Position numbers and translations under genes: made by a program
Notes under the pieces: generated by a model
What the model was told of the DNA's origin: nothing
Database searches by the model: none
Seen by the model: the letters and a program-made list of their open reading frames with translations, nothing else
Assembly: GCA_964619155.1 (NCBI GenBank)
Contig: CAZUEM010000007.1
Span: 1-50,711, forward strand
DNA: 50,711 nucleotides
Reading direction: 5' to 3'
Origin: an uncultured bacterium
GTDB lineage: Bacteria > Eisenbacteria > RBG-16-71-46
Shown: piece by piece, positions 19,493 through 28,092 of the stretch
How positions within the stretch are numbered: position 1 is the first letter of the stretch
Layout of the letters: each line of letters begins with the position of its first letter

Positions 19493-19840
19493 ATGGCCGT
19501 CGGCCGAAAGCAGGTCCGCAGCATCGTCGTCCTCGTTCCGAAGGGGCGCTTCTACGGCGACAAGGAAACGGACGACCTCGACAAGGCGATTCTCAGCGAG
19601 GCGACCGCGGGCAACCTGCGGCTCGTCCTCAACATGGCCGAGTGCGAGGCGCTCAACTCGATCGCCATCGGCGTGCTGATGAAGGCGTACACGAGCTACA
19701 AGAACCGTGGCGGCGAGATCAAGCTCTGCGGCCTCGGCAAGCGGCTCAAGGACCTCTTCGTCATGACCAAGCTCATCATGGTTTTCGATCACCACGACAC
19801 CGAAGAGCAGGCGCTCGCGGCGTTCGCGGAGGTCGAGTAG
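19493..19840 (+). CDS. STAS-domain protein (anti-sigma-factor antagonist family), tandem paralog
   Basis: 115 aa, colinear with the preceding STAS protein (LVLNMAECEALNSIAIGVLM ... KLCGLGKRLKDLFVMTKL). Confidence 0.8.
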   Translation: MAVGRKQVRSIVVLVPKGRFYGDKETDDLDKAILSEATAGNLRLVLNMAECEALNSIAIGVLMKAYTSYKNRGGEIKLCGLGKRLKDLFVMTKLIMVFDHHDTEEQALAAFAEVE

Positions 19841-19988
19841 CAGCCCTCGCCTGACCGGGTCGGGGGGACGTTCCGGAAGCAGGTCGCGACCGCGGCCCGG
19901 GCGGAGAGAAAGTCTCATCCGCTGAACAGCAACCACCGACGGACGGCGCGATGTCGCCGGCCCGAGGTGACGGAGGAATGACAGAGCA

Positions 19989-20729
19989 ATGGCCAGATTT
20001 CTCGTTCCGCTGTATTTCATCCTCGCGACGGTGGTTTCGTTCCTCGCCTGGTGGAACATGCCGGCCCTCGGAGAGCTCGGGAAGCAGATGAAGGAAGCCG
20101 GACCGCTGGTGGCCCTGCTCATCCTGCTGCTGATCCTGCAGATCTCGTTCGTTCTGGAGCGCACCTGGAGCCTCAACAAGGCCAAGGGGCGCGGTTCGCT
20201 GCCGGAGTTCCTCAACAACGTCCGCAAGAGGATTCAGGCGAACGACGTTGACGGAGCCATCGCGCTGTGCGGCCAGCAGCGCGGCTCGGCGGCCAACGTG
20301 ATGCGCGCGGGGCTCGAGCGGTACAAGATGCTTCGCGCGGAAGGCGCTCCGAAGGACAAGATCGTCGCCGAGACGCAGGCGGCCATCCAGGAGGCCAATG
20401 GCCTCGAGGTGCCGCTGCTCGAACGGAACCTCATCGCCCTCTCGACGATCGCCTCGATCGGCACGATGGTCGGCCTGCTCGGAACGACGATCGGCATGAT
20501 CCGTTCCTTCGCGGCGCTCGGCCATTCGGGAGCCGTCGATGCCACCAAGCTCGCCGTCGGCATTTCCGAAGCCCTCGTCAACACGGCCGGCGGGCTCGCC
20601 GTGGCCATCCTCGGCATCGTCATGTACAACGTCTTCGTCACTCGCGTGGATGGTTTCAACTACATGATGGACGAAGCGTCGTACGAGGCCGTGCAGTTGC
20701 TGGCGGCCAACGCCAGCGAAAAGAAGTAG
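19989..20729 (+). CDS. exbB: MotA/TolQ/ExbB proton-channel family protein
   Basis: 246 aa with three TM helices and the conserved STIASIGTMVGLLGTTIGMIRSF and ISEALVNTAGGL segments. Confidence 0.85.
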   Translation: MARFLVPLYFILATVVSFLAWWNMPALGELGKQMKEAGPLVALLILLLILQISFVLERTWSLNKAKGRGSLPEFLNNVRKRIQANDVDGAIALCGQQRGSAANVMRAGLERYKMLRAEGAPKDKIVAETQAAIQEANGLEVPLLERNLIALSTIASIGTMVGLLGTTIGMIRSFAALGHSGAVDATKLAVGISEALVNTAGGLAVAILGIVMYNVFVTRVDGFNYMMDEASYEAVQLLAANASEKK

Positions 20730-20745
20730 CGGGGGGGTCGGGCAC

Positions 20746-21249
20746 ATGCTCAAGAAGATGCGCCGCGTCGGCATCTCCATCGACATGACGCCGATGGTCG
20801 ACGTGGCGTTCCTCCTGCTGATCTTCTTCATGGCGACAACCCAGTTCAAGCCGCCCGAGCGGGACAAGATCAACCTTCCGGACTCGAACTCGCCGGCCAA
20901 GTCTCCCGAATCCGACATCATCACGATCTCGGTGACCGCGCCCAAGCCGGAGAACGACAACGTCTCGGTGGTTCGCATCATCTACCGGCAGGGTGGTCAG
21001 GAAGTCGAGCGGACACTCCCGCCCGAGTCCGTGAAGATGGACCTGGGGCCGGCCCTGAGCTCGGCGCGCGCGGCGAACCCGCGGGCCCGCGTCCTCGTGA
21101 AGATGGACAAGGACGCCCAGTTCGGGGTGATGGCAGACATGATGGGCGCGTTCCAGGAGTCGAACGCGACCCGGTTCAACGTGCAGACCAACCTTTCCCA
21201 GGGGGGCGGCGTGTTCAAGCGGGAAGCTCCCCCTGCCGGTGCGAAATAG
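20746..21249 (+). CDS. exbD: ExbD/TolR biopolymer transport protein
   Basis: 167 aa. Shows the IDMTPMVDVAFLLLIFFM signature (conserved Asp in the TM helix) and a periplasmic domain. Confidence 0.85.
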   Translation: MLKKMRRVGISIDMTPMVDVAFLLLIFFMATTQFKPPERDKINLPDSNSPAKSPESDIITISVTAPKPENDNVSVVRIIYRQGGQEVERTLPPESVKMDLGPALSSARAANPRARVLVKMDKDAQFGVMADMMGAFQESNATRFNVQTNLSQGGGVFKREAPPAGAK

Positions 21250-21277
21250 CGCGGCTTACGCCTGGAGGTGATTCGCG

Positions 21278-21781
21278 ATGGGTGCCGTAGACACCCCACA
21301 ACCCCGAAGTAGCGGCAAGAAAGGCGGAACGGGCTTCCATCGTCCCAAGCGCCGTGTCGGCATCCGCATCGACATGACGCCGATGGTGGACGTGGCCTTC
21401 CTCCTGCTCATCTTCTTCATGGTGACCACGGTCTTCCGGACGCCGCAGGCGCTGGAGATCAACCTGCCGCCGGACAACGACACGCCGGCCCAGATCGCCG
21501 AGTCGAAGGTGCTGCAGCTGAGGGTCCTCGGGGACGACCGGATCTTCTGGAAGCGCGGGTCGAAGGAGGACCCGTGGTCCCGGACGGTCGCCGCGTCCAT
21601 GAAGGACGTGCTGAAGCCGCTCGCAGGAAACAAGGATCTCGTGGTCCTCATCAAGATCGACCGTGAAGCGCGCTTCGACAACATGGTCACGATCATCGAC
21701 CAGCTCGACATCGCGAAACTCGGCCGCTTCTCGATCCTCGAGCTGCCGGAGAAGGAGAAAGCCGAGGTGGCGAACCTGTGA
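21278..21781 (+). CDS. exbD: ExbD/TolR biopolymer transport protein (second copy)
   Basis: 167 aa with the same IDMTPMVDVAFLLLIFFM signature. The periplasmic part has diverged from copy 1. Confidence 0.85.
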   Translation: MGAVDTPQPRSSGKKGGTGFHRPKRRVGIRIDMTPMVDVAFLLLIFFMVTTVFRTPQALEINLPPDNDTPAQIAESKVLQLRVLGDDRIFWKRGSKEDPWSRTVAASMKDVLKPLAGNKDLVVLIKIDREARFDNMVTIIDQLDIAKLGRFSILELPEKEKAEVANL

Positions 21782-22500
21782 GCGCGCGCAAGATCACACT
21801 CTATGAGTTCATGCCCTACGGGGCGCCGGAGCTCATGGAGGTCGCCCAGAAGTACATGACCCGGGCCCTGACCGTGTCGATGGCGGGCCTGGTGGTCATC
21901 TTCGCGAGCCTGATCGGGCTCGTCTTCTGGCTGGCCAACCGGCCGGTCGAGACGAGCACGATCGTGGTGCCGTATCGCGAGCTGGCGGCCCCGCCGCCGC
22001 TCACGGACGCCGCGGCGCCGCCCAAGGTGCAGGTGACGACGCAGGTGGCCCCGCCGGCGGCGGCGGTCCCCGTGCCCGTCCCGGACGCCGAGGCCCCGCA
22101 GGAGCAGACGATCGCGTCGCAGGAGGAGCTGTCGGCCGCATCGCCGGGCGTCAGCACCGAGGGCGACGGCGGTGACATCGTGGTGGCGCCTCCGAGCGAG
22201 GAGGAACTGCCCCGGTTCGGCGAGTACGTGTACGTCGAGGAACTGCCCGAGGCCGTGACGCGCGTCGCGCCCCAGTACCCGGACATCGCCCGCGAGGCGG
22301 GCGTGGACGGCACCGTGCTGGTGCAGGCGCTGGTCGGCAAGGACGGCAGGGTGAAGGACGTGCGGGTCCAGAAGTCGATCCCCATGCTCGACGCGTCGGC
22401 GATCGCCGCGGTCAAGCAGTGGGTGTTCAAGCCCGCGCTCTCGAACAACAAGCCGGTCGCGGTGTGGGTCGCCGTGCCGGTCAAGTTCAGCCTGCACTAG
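21778..22500 (+). CDS. tonB: energy transducer TonB
   Basis: GTG 21778 overlaps the exbD stop. TM anchor, Pro/Ala-rich spacer, then a TonB C-terminal domain (YPDIAREAGVDGTVLVQALVGKDGRVKDVRV...AAVKQWVFKPA). Confidence 0.85.
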   Translation: MSARKITLYEFMPYGAPELMEVAQKYMTRALTVSMAGLVVIFASLIGLVFWLANRPVETSTIVVPYRELAAPPPLTDAAAPPKVQVTTQVAPPAAAVPVPVPDAEAPQEQTIASQEELSAASPGVSTEGDGGDIVVAPPSEEELPRFGEYVYVEELPEAVTRVAPQYPDIAREAGVDGTVLVQALVGKDGRVKDVRVQKSIPMLDASAIAAVKQWVFKPALSNNKPVAVWVAVPVKFSLH

Positions 22501-22524
22501 CGCTCCCGGCGCCACGCGGATCGG

Positions 22525-22558
22525 CGGGCGCGCGGAACCTCCGGGCTCCGCGCGCCCG
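22525..22558 (+). terminator. strong GC hairpin downstream of tonB
   Basis: GGGCGCGCGGA (22526-36) pairs perfectly with TCCGCGCGCCC (22547-57), plus a flanking C-G pair. It is followed by GTTCCGCGTTCC, so the U-tract is poor. Confidence 0.4.
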
Positions 22559-22623
22559 TTCCGCGTTCCGGGCGGGTCGGCCCGCGCCCGGGGGGGCATT
22601 TCCCGCGCCGGTCCGTGCCGGGT

Positions 22624-22652
22624 TTGACCGGGGTCGGGAGGCTGCCTACCGT
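22624..22652 (+). promoter_or_regulatory. putative sigma70-type promoter (TTGACC-N17-TACCGT) upstream of Yip1 gene
   Basis: TTGACC at 22624-29, a 17-nt spacer, and TACCGT at 22647-52. It lies downstream of the tonB hairpin and upstream of ATG 22699. Confidence 0.4.
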
Positions 22653-22698
22653 GGCCGCCGTCTGCCGCATCCCGCCCCTCCGTCCCAGGAGCCCTGCC

Positions 22699-23448
22699 AT
22701 GTCGTTGCAGCCCGAGACGCCCGCCCCCGCGGCGCCGGCGCCTTCGCTTTTCGGGCGCGCCGTCGCGATCTTCACCCGCCCCGCGTCCGCATGGGCCGGG
22801 CTCGAGGAACGGCCCCAGTGGTGGTTCCCGGCGCTGGTCTGCGCCCTGGCCCAGTTCGCCGTGATGCTGCCGCTCTACGAGCGGGCCTACCTGCCCATGT
22901 ACTACGAGCAGCTCGACGCCCAGATCGCCTCCGGGGCGATCGACGCCGCCGCCGCCGACCGGGCCCAGCAGATCATGGAGTCGGGCTTCATGGGCGCGAT
23001 CGTGGCCGGCACGGCCTCGGTGATGGGCGTCCTGATGACGCTGGGACTCGCGCTGCTCGTCTGGTTCGGAGTCGGCTTCATCCTCGGGGCGCGCTTCCGC
23101 TACCGGCTCGCGCTCGAGGTGACGGCCTGGTCGGGGCTGGTCTGGCTCCCGCAGAGCCTCGCGTTCTTCGCGCTCGCCTGGTCACAGGAGACCATGAAGG
23201 GCATCCACTTCGGCCTCGCCGCCTTCCTTCCGGAGGCCGACCCGCCGTCCAAGGTCCAGGCCATGCTCACGGTCCTGCTCGACGTCGTGAGCCCGTTCAA
23301 CGTCTGGTTCCTCGCGGTCGCCGTGCTCGGCTGCGCGGCCCTCAGCGGCGCCCCGCGGCGGAACCTCGCCTGGGTGCTCGGGGGACTCGCGGTGGCGCTG
23401 GGAGTGGTCTCGGCGCTGCTGACGGGCTGGCTCTCCCCGGGCTCCTGA
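22699..23448 (+). CDS. Yip1-domain integral membrane protein
   Basis: ATG 22699 (CAGGAG upstream) within ORF 22615..23448. N-terminal FGRAVAIFTRPASAWAGL...WWFPAL followed by five hydrophobic helices, the pattern typical of the bacterial Yip1/DUF1282 type. Confidence 0.65.
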   Translation: MSLQPETPAPAAPAPSLFGRAVAIFTRPASAWAGLEERPQWWFPALVCALAQFAVMLPLYERAYLPMYYEQLDAQIASGAIDAAAADRAQQIMESGFMGAIVAGTASVMGVLMTLGLALLVWFGVGFILGARFRYRLALEVTAWSGLVWLPQSLAFFALAWSQETMKGIHFGLAAFLPEADPPSKVQAMLTVLLDVVSPFNVWFLAVAVLGCAALSGAPRRNLAWVLGGLAVALGVVSALLTGWLSPGS

Positions 23449-23542
23449 AGCGGCCGCCGCGAAACCCGTTCGCCGCCCGCCCCGTAGACATCGCGCGCCG
23501 TGACACGTCTCGGCGCATCACCGTATCAGCAGCACGAGAGGA

Positions 23543-24838
23543 GTGAATCGTCGGATGCGCCGAGTCTTCCTGATTGTGACCGCCCTGGCCGCCGTCTCGA
23601 CCCTTCCCGCTTCGGCCGCGACCCTGACCGCCGATGGTGCGGTCAAGATCGCGCTGCAGCGCAGCGCCAGCCTCGTGCAGGCCAACGCCGCCGTGGACGG
23701 CGCCACCGCGGGCCTGTGGGGCGCCTACGCGGGCGTCCTGCCGCGCGTCAGCGGTTCGATGAGCCGCTCCGGCAGCGCGACGGACCCGCCGTACGACTAT
23801 TCGCACGGCAACGGCGGCGGCCTCTCCGGAAGCTGGTCGGTGCTGAGCCTGTCGAACTGGTCGTCGCTCGCAGGCGCGCGCGCGAACATGAGCGCGGCCA
23901 GGCTCGACAGGGCCGCGGCGCGCGCCGACGTGGTGCTCGCGACCAAGCGGCAGTTCTACGAGGTGGTGAAGTCCATGCACCTGGCCCGGGTCTCGTCGCA
24001 GGCGCTGCGCCTCGCGCGCGACGACGAGCGCAGGGTGCGGGCTCTCTTCGAGGTCGGGTCCGTCTCGAAGAGTGACCTGCTGAAGGCCCAGGTGCGCACG
24101 TCGCAGTCCGAGCTCGACTCGCTGCTCGCCGACCACGCGGTGCTGGCGCAGCGCATCGGCCTCGCGCGGCAGATCGGCGTGAGCGAGGAGAGCCTCGGCG
24201 ACATCGACTCGACGCTCACGGCGAGCCCGGTGCCGGTGGACGCGGCCGTGGTGCTCGCCGACGCCAGGGAACGCCGCCCCGACGTGCGCGCGGCGCAGGC
24301 GGGCCTGCGCTCGGCCGAGTTCGGGATGCGCGCCGCGCAGCTCGCGCGCCTGCCCGAGCTGTCGGCCTCCGGGAGCTGGACGGCCAGCAACCCGGGGTCG
24401 CCCGTCGCCGACCCGTCCTTCCCGGGCGCGTTCACGGGGCGCGACTGGTCGCACACCAAGCGCGGCACGATCTCCCTCACGATGCCGGTCTTCGACCTGA
24501 CCGTGGAGTCGGGCATCGCGAGCGCGCGAGCGAGCCTGCGCAGGGCGCGGGAGGCCCGCGAGGCCGTGCTGCGCGACCTCGACGGCGAGGTCCGGCAGGT
24601 CGTGCTGTCGTACCAGGAGGCCGTCGAGCGCGAGGTGCTGGCCCGCCGCACCGTGGAGTCCGCGGGCGAGAACCTCAACCTCGTGCAGCAGAAGTACAAC
24701 GTCGGCTCCGCGACGATCCTGGACCTGATCGATTCGCAGGTGCAGTACCAGAGCGCGCAGAGCAGCCTCGTCTCCGCCCTGGCCGCGATCCGCGTGGCGG
24801 AAGCTTCGCTCGACCGCGTGCGCGGCAAGGCCGAGTGA
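23543..24838 (+). CDS. TolC-family outer membrane efflux protein
   Basis: 431 aa. Signal peptide, then two repeated OEP halves with coiled-coil heptads (..AVKIALQRSASLVQANAAVD.., ..NLNLVQQKYNVGSATILDLIDSQVQY..). Confidence 0.85.
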   Translation: MNRRMRRVFLIVTALAAVSTLPASAATLTADGAVKIALQRSASLVQANAAVDGATAGLWGAYAGVLPRVSGSMSRSGSATDPPYDYSHGNGGGLSGSWSVLSLSNWSSLAGARANMSAARLDRAAARADVVLATKRQFYEVVKSMHLARVSSQALRLARDDERRVRALFEVGSVSKSDLLKAQVRTSQSELDSLLADHAVLAQRIGLARQIGVSEESLGDIDSTLTASPVPVDAAVVLADARERRPDVRAAQAGLRSAEFGMRAAQLARLPELSASGSWTASNPGSPVADPSFPGAFTGRDWSHTKRGTISLTMPVFDLTVESGIASARASLRRAREAREAVLRDLDGEVRQVVLSYQEAVEREVLARRTVESAGENLNLVQQKYNVGSATILDLIDSQVQYQSAQSSLVSALAAIRVAEASLDRVRGKAE

Positions 24839-24860
24839 CCCGAAAGGAACGCGTCGCCGC

Positions 24861-26144
24861 ATGAAGAAGAAGGTCTGGCTGTGGGTCGTCCTGGGCGTCG
24901 TGGTCGTGGGCGCCCTCGTGGCCGCGAACGTCGCCCGCAACTCGCGGGGCAAGGTCGAGACCGTGCAGATGGCGCTCGTCCGCCGCGAGGACATCACGTC
25001 GCGCGTCCGTGCGCCGGGGAAGATCGAGGCGAAGACGCGCGTCCAGGTCAGCGCCGACATCATGGGGCGCATCGTGCTGTTGCGCGTGAAGGAGGGCGAC
25101 CGCGTCCGCAAGGGCGAGCTGATGCTGCAGCTCGACGACACCCAGTACCGCAGCGCCCACACCCAGGCGCGGGCCGCGTACGCCGCCGCGCAGGCCCGCC
25201 AGCGCGAGGCGCAGACGACCCTGCGCATCAACGAGGCCAACTTCGCCCGCCAGCGTTCGCTGTACGACCAGAAGCTGCTGTCGCAGGCGGAGTGGGAGCA
25301 GGCCCAGAGCGCGAACGAGAGCGCCCGCGTGGCCGCGGCCACGGCGGCCGAGGACGCGGCGCGCACGAAGGCCGCGCTCGACGCGGCGGCCGACAACCTG
25401 TCGAAGTGCCGCTTCCTCGCCCCGTTCGACGGGGTGGTGAGCGCGCTCAACGTCGAGGCCGGCGAGAACGTCATCATGGGCACCATGAACAACGCCGGCA
25501 CCCAGATCCTCACGGTGTCCGACATGTCGCGCATGCTGGTGCGCGCCGACGTGGACGAGACCGACATCGTGGACCTGAAGATCGGGCAGAAGGTGAAGAT
25601 CTCCGTGGACGCCGTGCCCGACACGACGTTCCCGGGCACGGTGACCGAGATCGGCAACACCGCGAAGCGGTCGCTGACCTCCACGGTCGAGGGCCAGACG
25701 GACTTCGAGGTGAAGGTCGTGTTCGACGACAACGTGCCGCAGGTGCGGCCCGGGATGACCGCGGACGTCAACATCGACACCGGCACGCGCGAGAAGACGC
25801 TCGTGGTGCCCATCCAGTCGGTCGTGGTGCGCACGCAGCGCGAGCTGGACCGCGCCGCCCGCAAGCCGGGCGGGCGCGCGAAGCGCTCGAAGGCGGCCAC
25901 CGTCAGCGCGGACGAGGACACGGTGGGCCGGCGCGACGCCGAGATCACCGGCGTGTTCGTCTCCCGCAACGGGGTGGCGGCCTTCGTGCCGGTCCGCACG
26001 GGCCTCTCGAGCGAGACCATGATCGAGATTTTCGGCGAGCTGAAGGAGGGCGACACCGTCGTGTCGGGCCCCTACAAGGCGCTGCGCGACCTCAAGCCGG
26101 GCGGCAAGGTGAAGAAGGAAGCCGCCGGCAAGGAGAAGAAGTGA
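24861..26144 (+). CDS. efflux periplasmic adaptor subunit (HlyD/MacA family)
   Basis: 427 aa. TM anchor, lipoyl-like segments ([19 protein letters not shown]; [18 protein letters not shown]), a long alpha-hairpin and a beta-barrel domain. Confidence 0.85.
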   Translation: MKKKVWLWVVLGVVVVGALVAANVARNSRGKVETVQMALVRREDITSRVRAPGKIEAKTRVQVSADIMGRIVLLRVKEGDRVRKGELMLQLDDTQYRSAHTQARAAYAAAQARQREAQTTLRINEANFARQRSLYDQKLLSQAEWEQAQSANESARVAAATAAEDAARTKAALDAAADNLSKCRFLAPFDGVVSALNVEAGENVIMGTMNNAGTQILTVSDMSRMLVRADVDETDIVDLKIGQKVKISVDAVPDTTFPGTVTEIGNTAKRSLTSTVEGQTDFEVKVVFDDNVPQVRPGMTADVNIDTGTREKTLVVPIQSVVVRTQRELDRAARKPGGRAKRSKAATVSADEDTVGRRDAEITGVFVSRNGVAAFVPVRTGLSSETMIEIFGELKEGDTVVSGPYKALRDLKPGGKVKKEAAGKEKK

Positions 26145-26151
26145 GCCCGGC

Positions 26152-26874
26152 ATGCTGATCCAGATCCGCGACCTGCACCGGCACTACCAGGTGGGCGACC
26201 AGGAGGTCCGCGCGCTCGACGGAGTGGACCTCGACATCGCCCCGAACGAGTACGTGGCGATCATGGGTCCGTCGGGCTCCGGCAAGTCGACGCTCATGAA
26301 CATCCTCGGCTGCCTCGACACGCCGTCGCGCGGCTCCTACCGGCTCAAGGACCAGGAGATCGCGAAGATGTCGGACGACGAGCTGGCCCGGATCCGGAAC
26401 CAGGAGATCGGGTTCGTCTTCCAGACGTTCAACCTGCTCGCTCGCGCCGACGCGCTGCACAACGTCGAGCTGCCGCTGGTCTACGCGGGGCTCAAGCACG
26501 AGGAGCGCCGGCAGCGGGCGCGCGAGAGCCTGGAGCTGGTGGGGCTCGGCGACCGCATGAAGCACAAGCCGAACGAACTCTCCGGCGGCCAGCGGCAGCG
26601 CGTGGCGATCGCGCGCGCGCTCGTCAACCGGCCGAGCATCATCCTCGCCGACGAGCCGACCGGAAACCTGGACTCCCGCACGGGCGAGGAGATCATGGTC
26701 GCGTTCGAGCGCATCTGGCGGCAGGGAAACACGGTGATCCTCGTGACGCACGAGGCCGACATCGCCGAGCACGCGCGGCGCGTCGTGCGCATGAAGGACG
26801 GGCGCATCGAGAGCGACCACCCGAACCCCCATCCGCGCTCGGCGGGCGTCGCGGGGGGCGGCGCGCCCGAATGA
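26152..26874 (+). CDS. ABC transporter ATP-binding protein (MacB/LolD-type)
   Basis: 240 aa. Walker [10 protein letters not shown], signature LSGGQRQR, Walker [13 protein letters not shown] and an H-loop VTHE. Confidence 0.9.
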   Translation: MLIQIRDLHRHYQVGDQEVRALDGVDLDIAPNEYVAIMGPSGSGKSTLMNILGCLDTPSRGSYRLKDQEIAKMSDDELARIRNQEIGFVFQTFNLLARADALHNVELPLVYAGLKHEERRQRARESLELVGLGDRMKHKPNELSGGQRQRVAIARALVNRPSIILADEPTGNLDSRTGEEIMVAFERIWRQGNTVILVTHEADIAEHARRVVRMKDGRIESDHPNPHPRSAGVAGGGAPE

Positions 26875-28088
26875 ACCTGCGCGAGAGCATCGGCATTGCT
26901 CTCGGCGGCGTGCGCGCGAACAAGCTGCGGTCGTTCCTCACGCTCCTCGGGACCATCATCGGCGTCTCGTCGGTGATCGCCGTCGTGTCGTTCGTCGAGG
27001 GACTCAACCGTTTCGTCACCCAGAAGCTGCTCAACGCGGGCGCGAACGTGTTCGTGGTGGACAAGTACGGGTTCATCACGAGCCGCGAGCAGTTCGAGGA
27101 GGCGGTGAAGCGGCCCGACGTCACCCTGGAGGACGCCGAGGCGCTCCGGGACGGCGTCGAGCACGTGACGCTGGTGGTGCCGCAGGCCGGGGCCGCCGCG
27201 CCGCTGCGCTACCGCAACCGCACCATGCGGGCGGTGTCGCTGCAGGGGCGGGGCGCCGGCTACGACCTCGTGGACGACGTCGCGATCGGCGAGGGCCGGC
27301 ACCTGTCGGAGTTCGACGACATCGGCCGGCGGCCGGTGTGCGTCGTCGGGCCGGAGGTGGCCGAGGAGTTGTTCGGTTCGCTGCCCGCCCTGGGCCGCTC
27401 GATCCGGGTGGGGGCGTACGAGTTCCAGGTGGTCGGGGTGACGAAGGCGAAGGGCAAGATGTTCGGCCAGTCCCAGGACCGCTTCGTCACCGTGCCGATC
27501 CGGACGTTCCAGAAGTACTGGCAGGCGCGCGGGTCGCTGCAGATCGCGCTCAAGAGCGTGGACCAGTCCTCGATGCCGCTGGCCGAGCAGGAGGCGCGCA
27601 ACATCATGCGCGCCCGGAGGCACCAGCGTCCGGGCCAGCCCGACGCGTTCGGCATCACGAACTCCGAGACCTGGCTGACGCTCTACCGCACGCTGACCGG
27701 AGGCATCTTCATCCTCACGATCGGCGTGTCCGCGATCTCGCTCGTGGTCGGCGGCATCGTGATCATGAACATCATGCTCGTGTCGGTGACCGAGCGGACG
27801 AAGGAGATCGGCGTGCGCAAGGCGCTCGGCGCGCGCCGCCGCGACATCCTCACCCAGTTCCTGGTCGAGGCCACGACGCTGTCGCTCTCGGGCGGCCTCA
27901 TCGGCATCGTGCTCGGCGGCGGGCTCGCGCTGCTCGTCGGAGCGGTCAGTCCGCTCCCGGCGGCCCTCAGCCTGCCCGCGGTGCTCCTCGGCATCGTGAT
28001 GAGCACGGGCGTCGGCGTGTTCTTCGGCTCCTACCCGGCCTTCCGCGCGGCCCGCCTCGACCCGATCGAGGCGCTGCGATACGAGTGA
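26871..28088 (+). CDS. ABC transporter permease (FtsX/MacB-type, with periplasmic domain)
   Basis: 405 aa. TM1, a large periplasmic domain, then the FtsX module ([34 protein letters not shown]). The start overlaps the ATPase stop. Confidence 0.85.
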   Translation: MNLRESIGIALGGVRANKLRSFLTLLGTIIGVSSVIAVVSFVEGLNRFVTQKLLNAGANVFVVDKYGFITSREQFEEAVKRPDVTLEDAEALRDGVEHVTLVVPQAGAAAPLRYRNRTMRAVSLQGRGAGYDLVDDVAIGEGRHLSEFDDIGRRPVCVVGPEVAEELFGSLPALGRSIRVGAYEFQVVGVTKAKGKMFGQSQDRFVTVPIRTFQKYWQARGSLQIALKSVDQSSMPLAEQEARNIMRARRHQRPGQPDAFGITNSETWLTLYRTLTGGIFILTIGVSAISLVVGGIVIMNIMLVSVTERTKEIGVRKALGARRRDILTQFLVEATTLSLSGGLIGIVLGGGLALLVGAVSPLPAALSLPAVLLGIVMSTGVGVFFGSYPAFRAARLDPIEALRYE

Positions 28089-28092
28089 CGCG

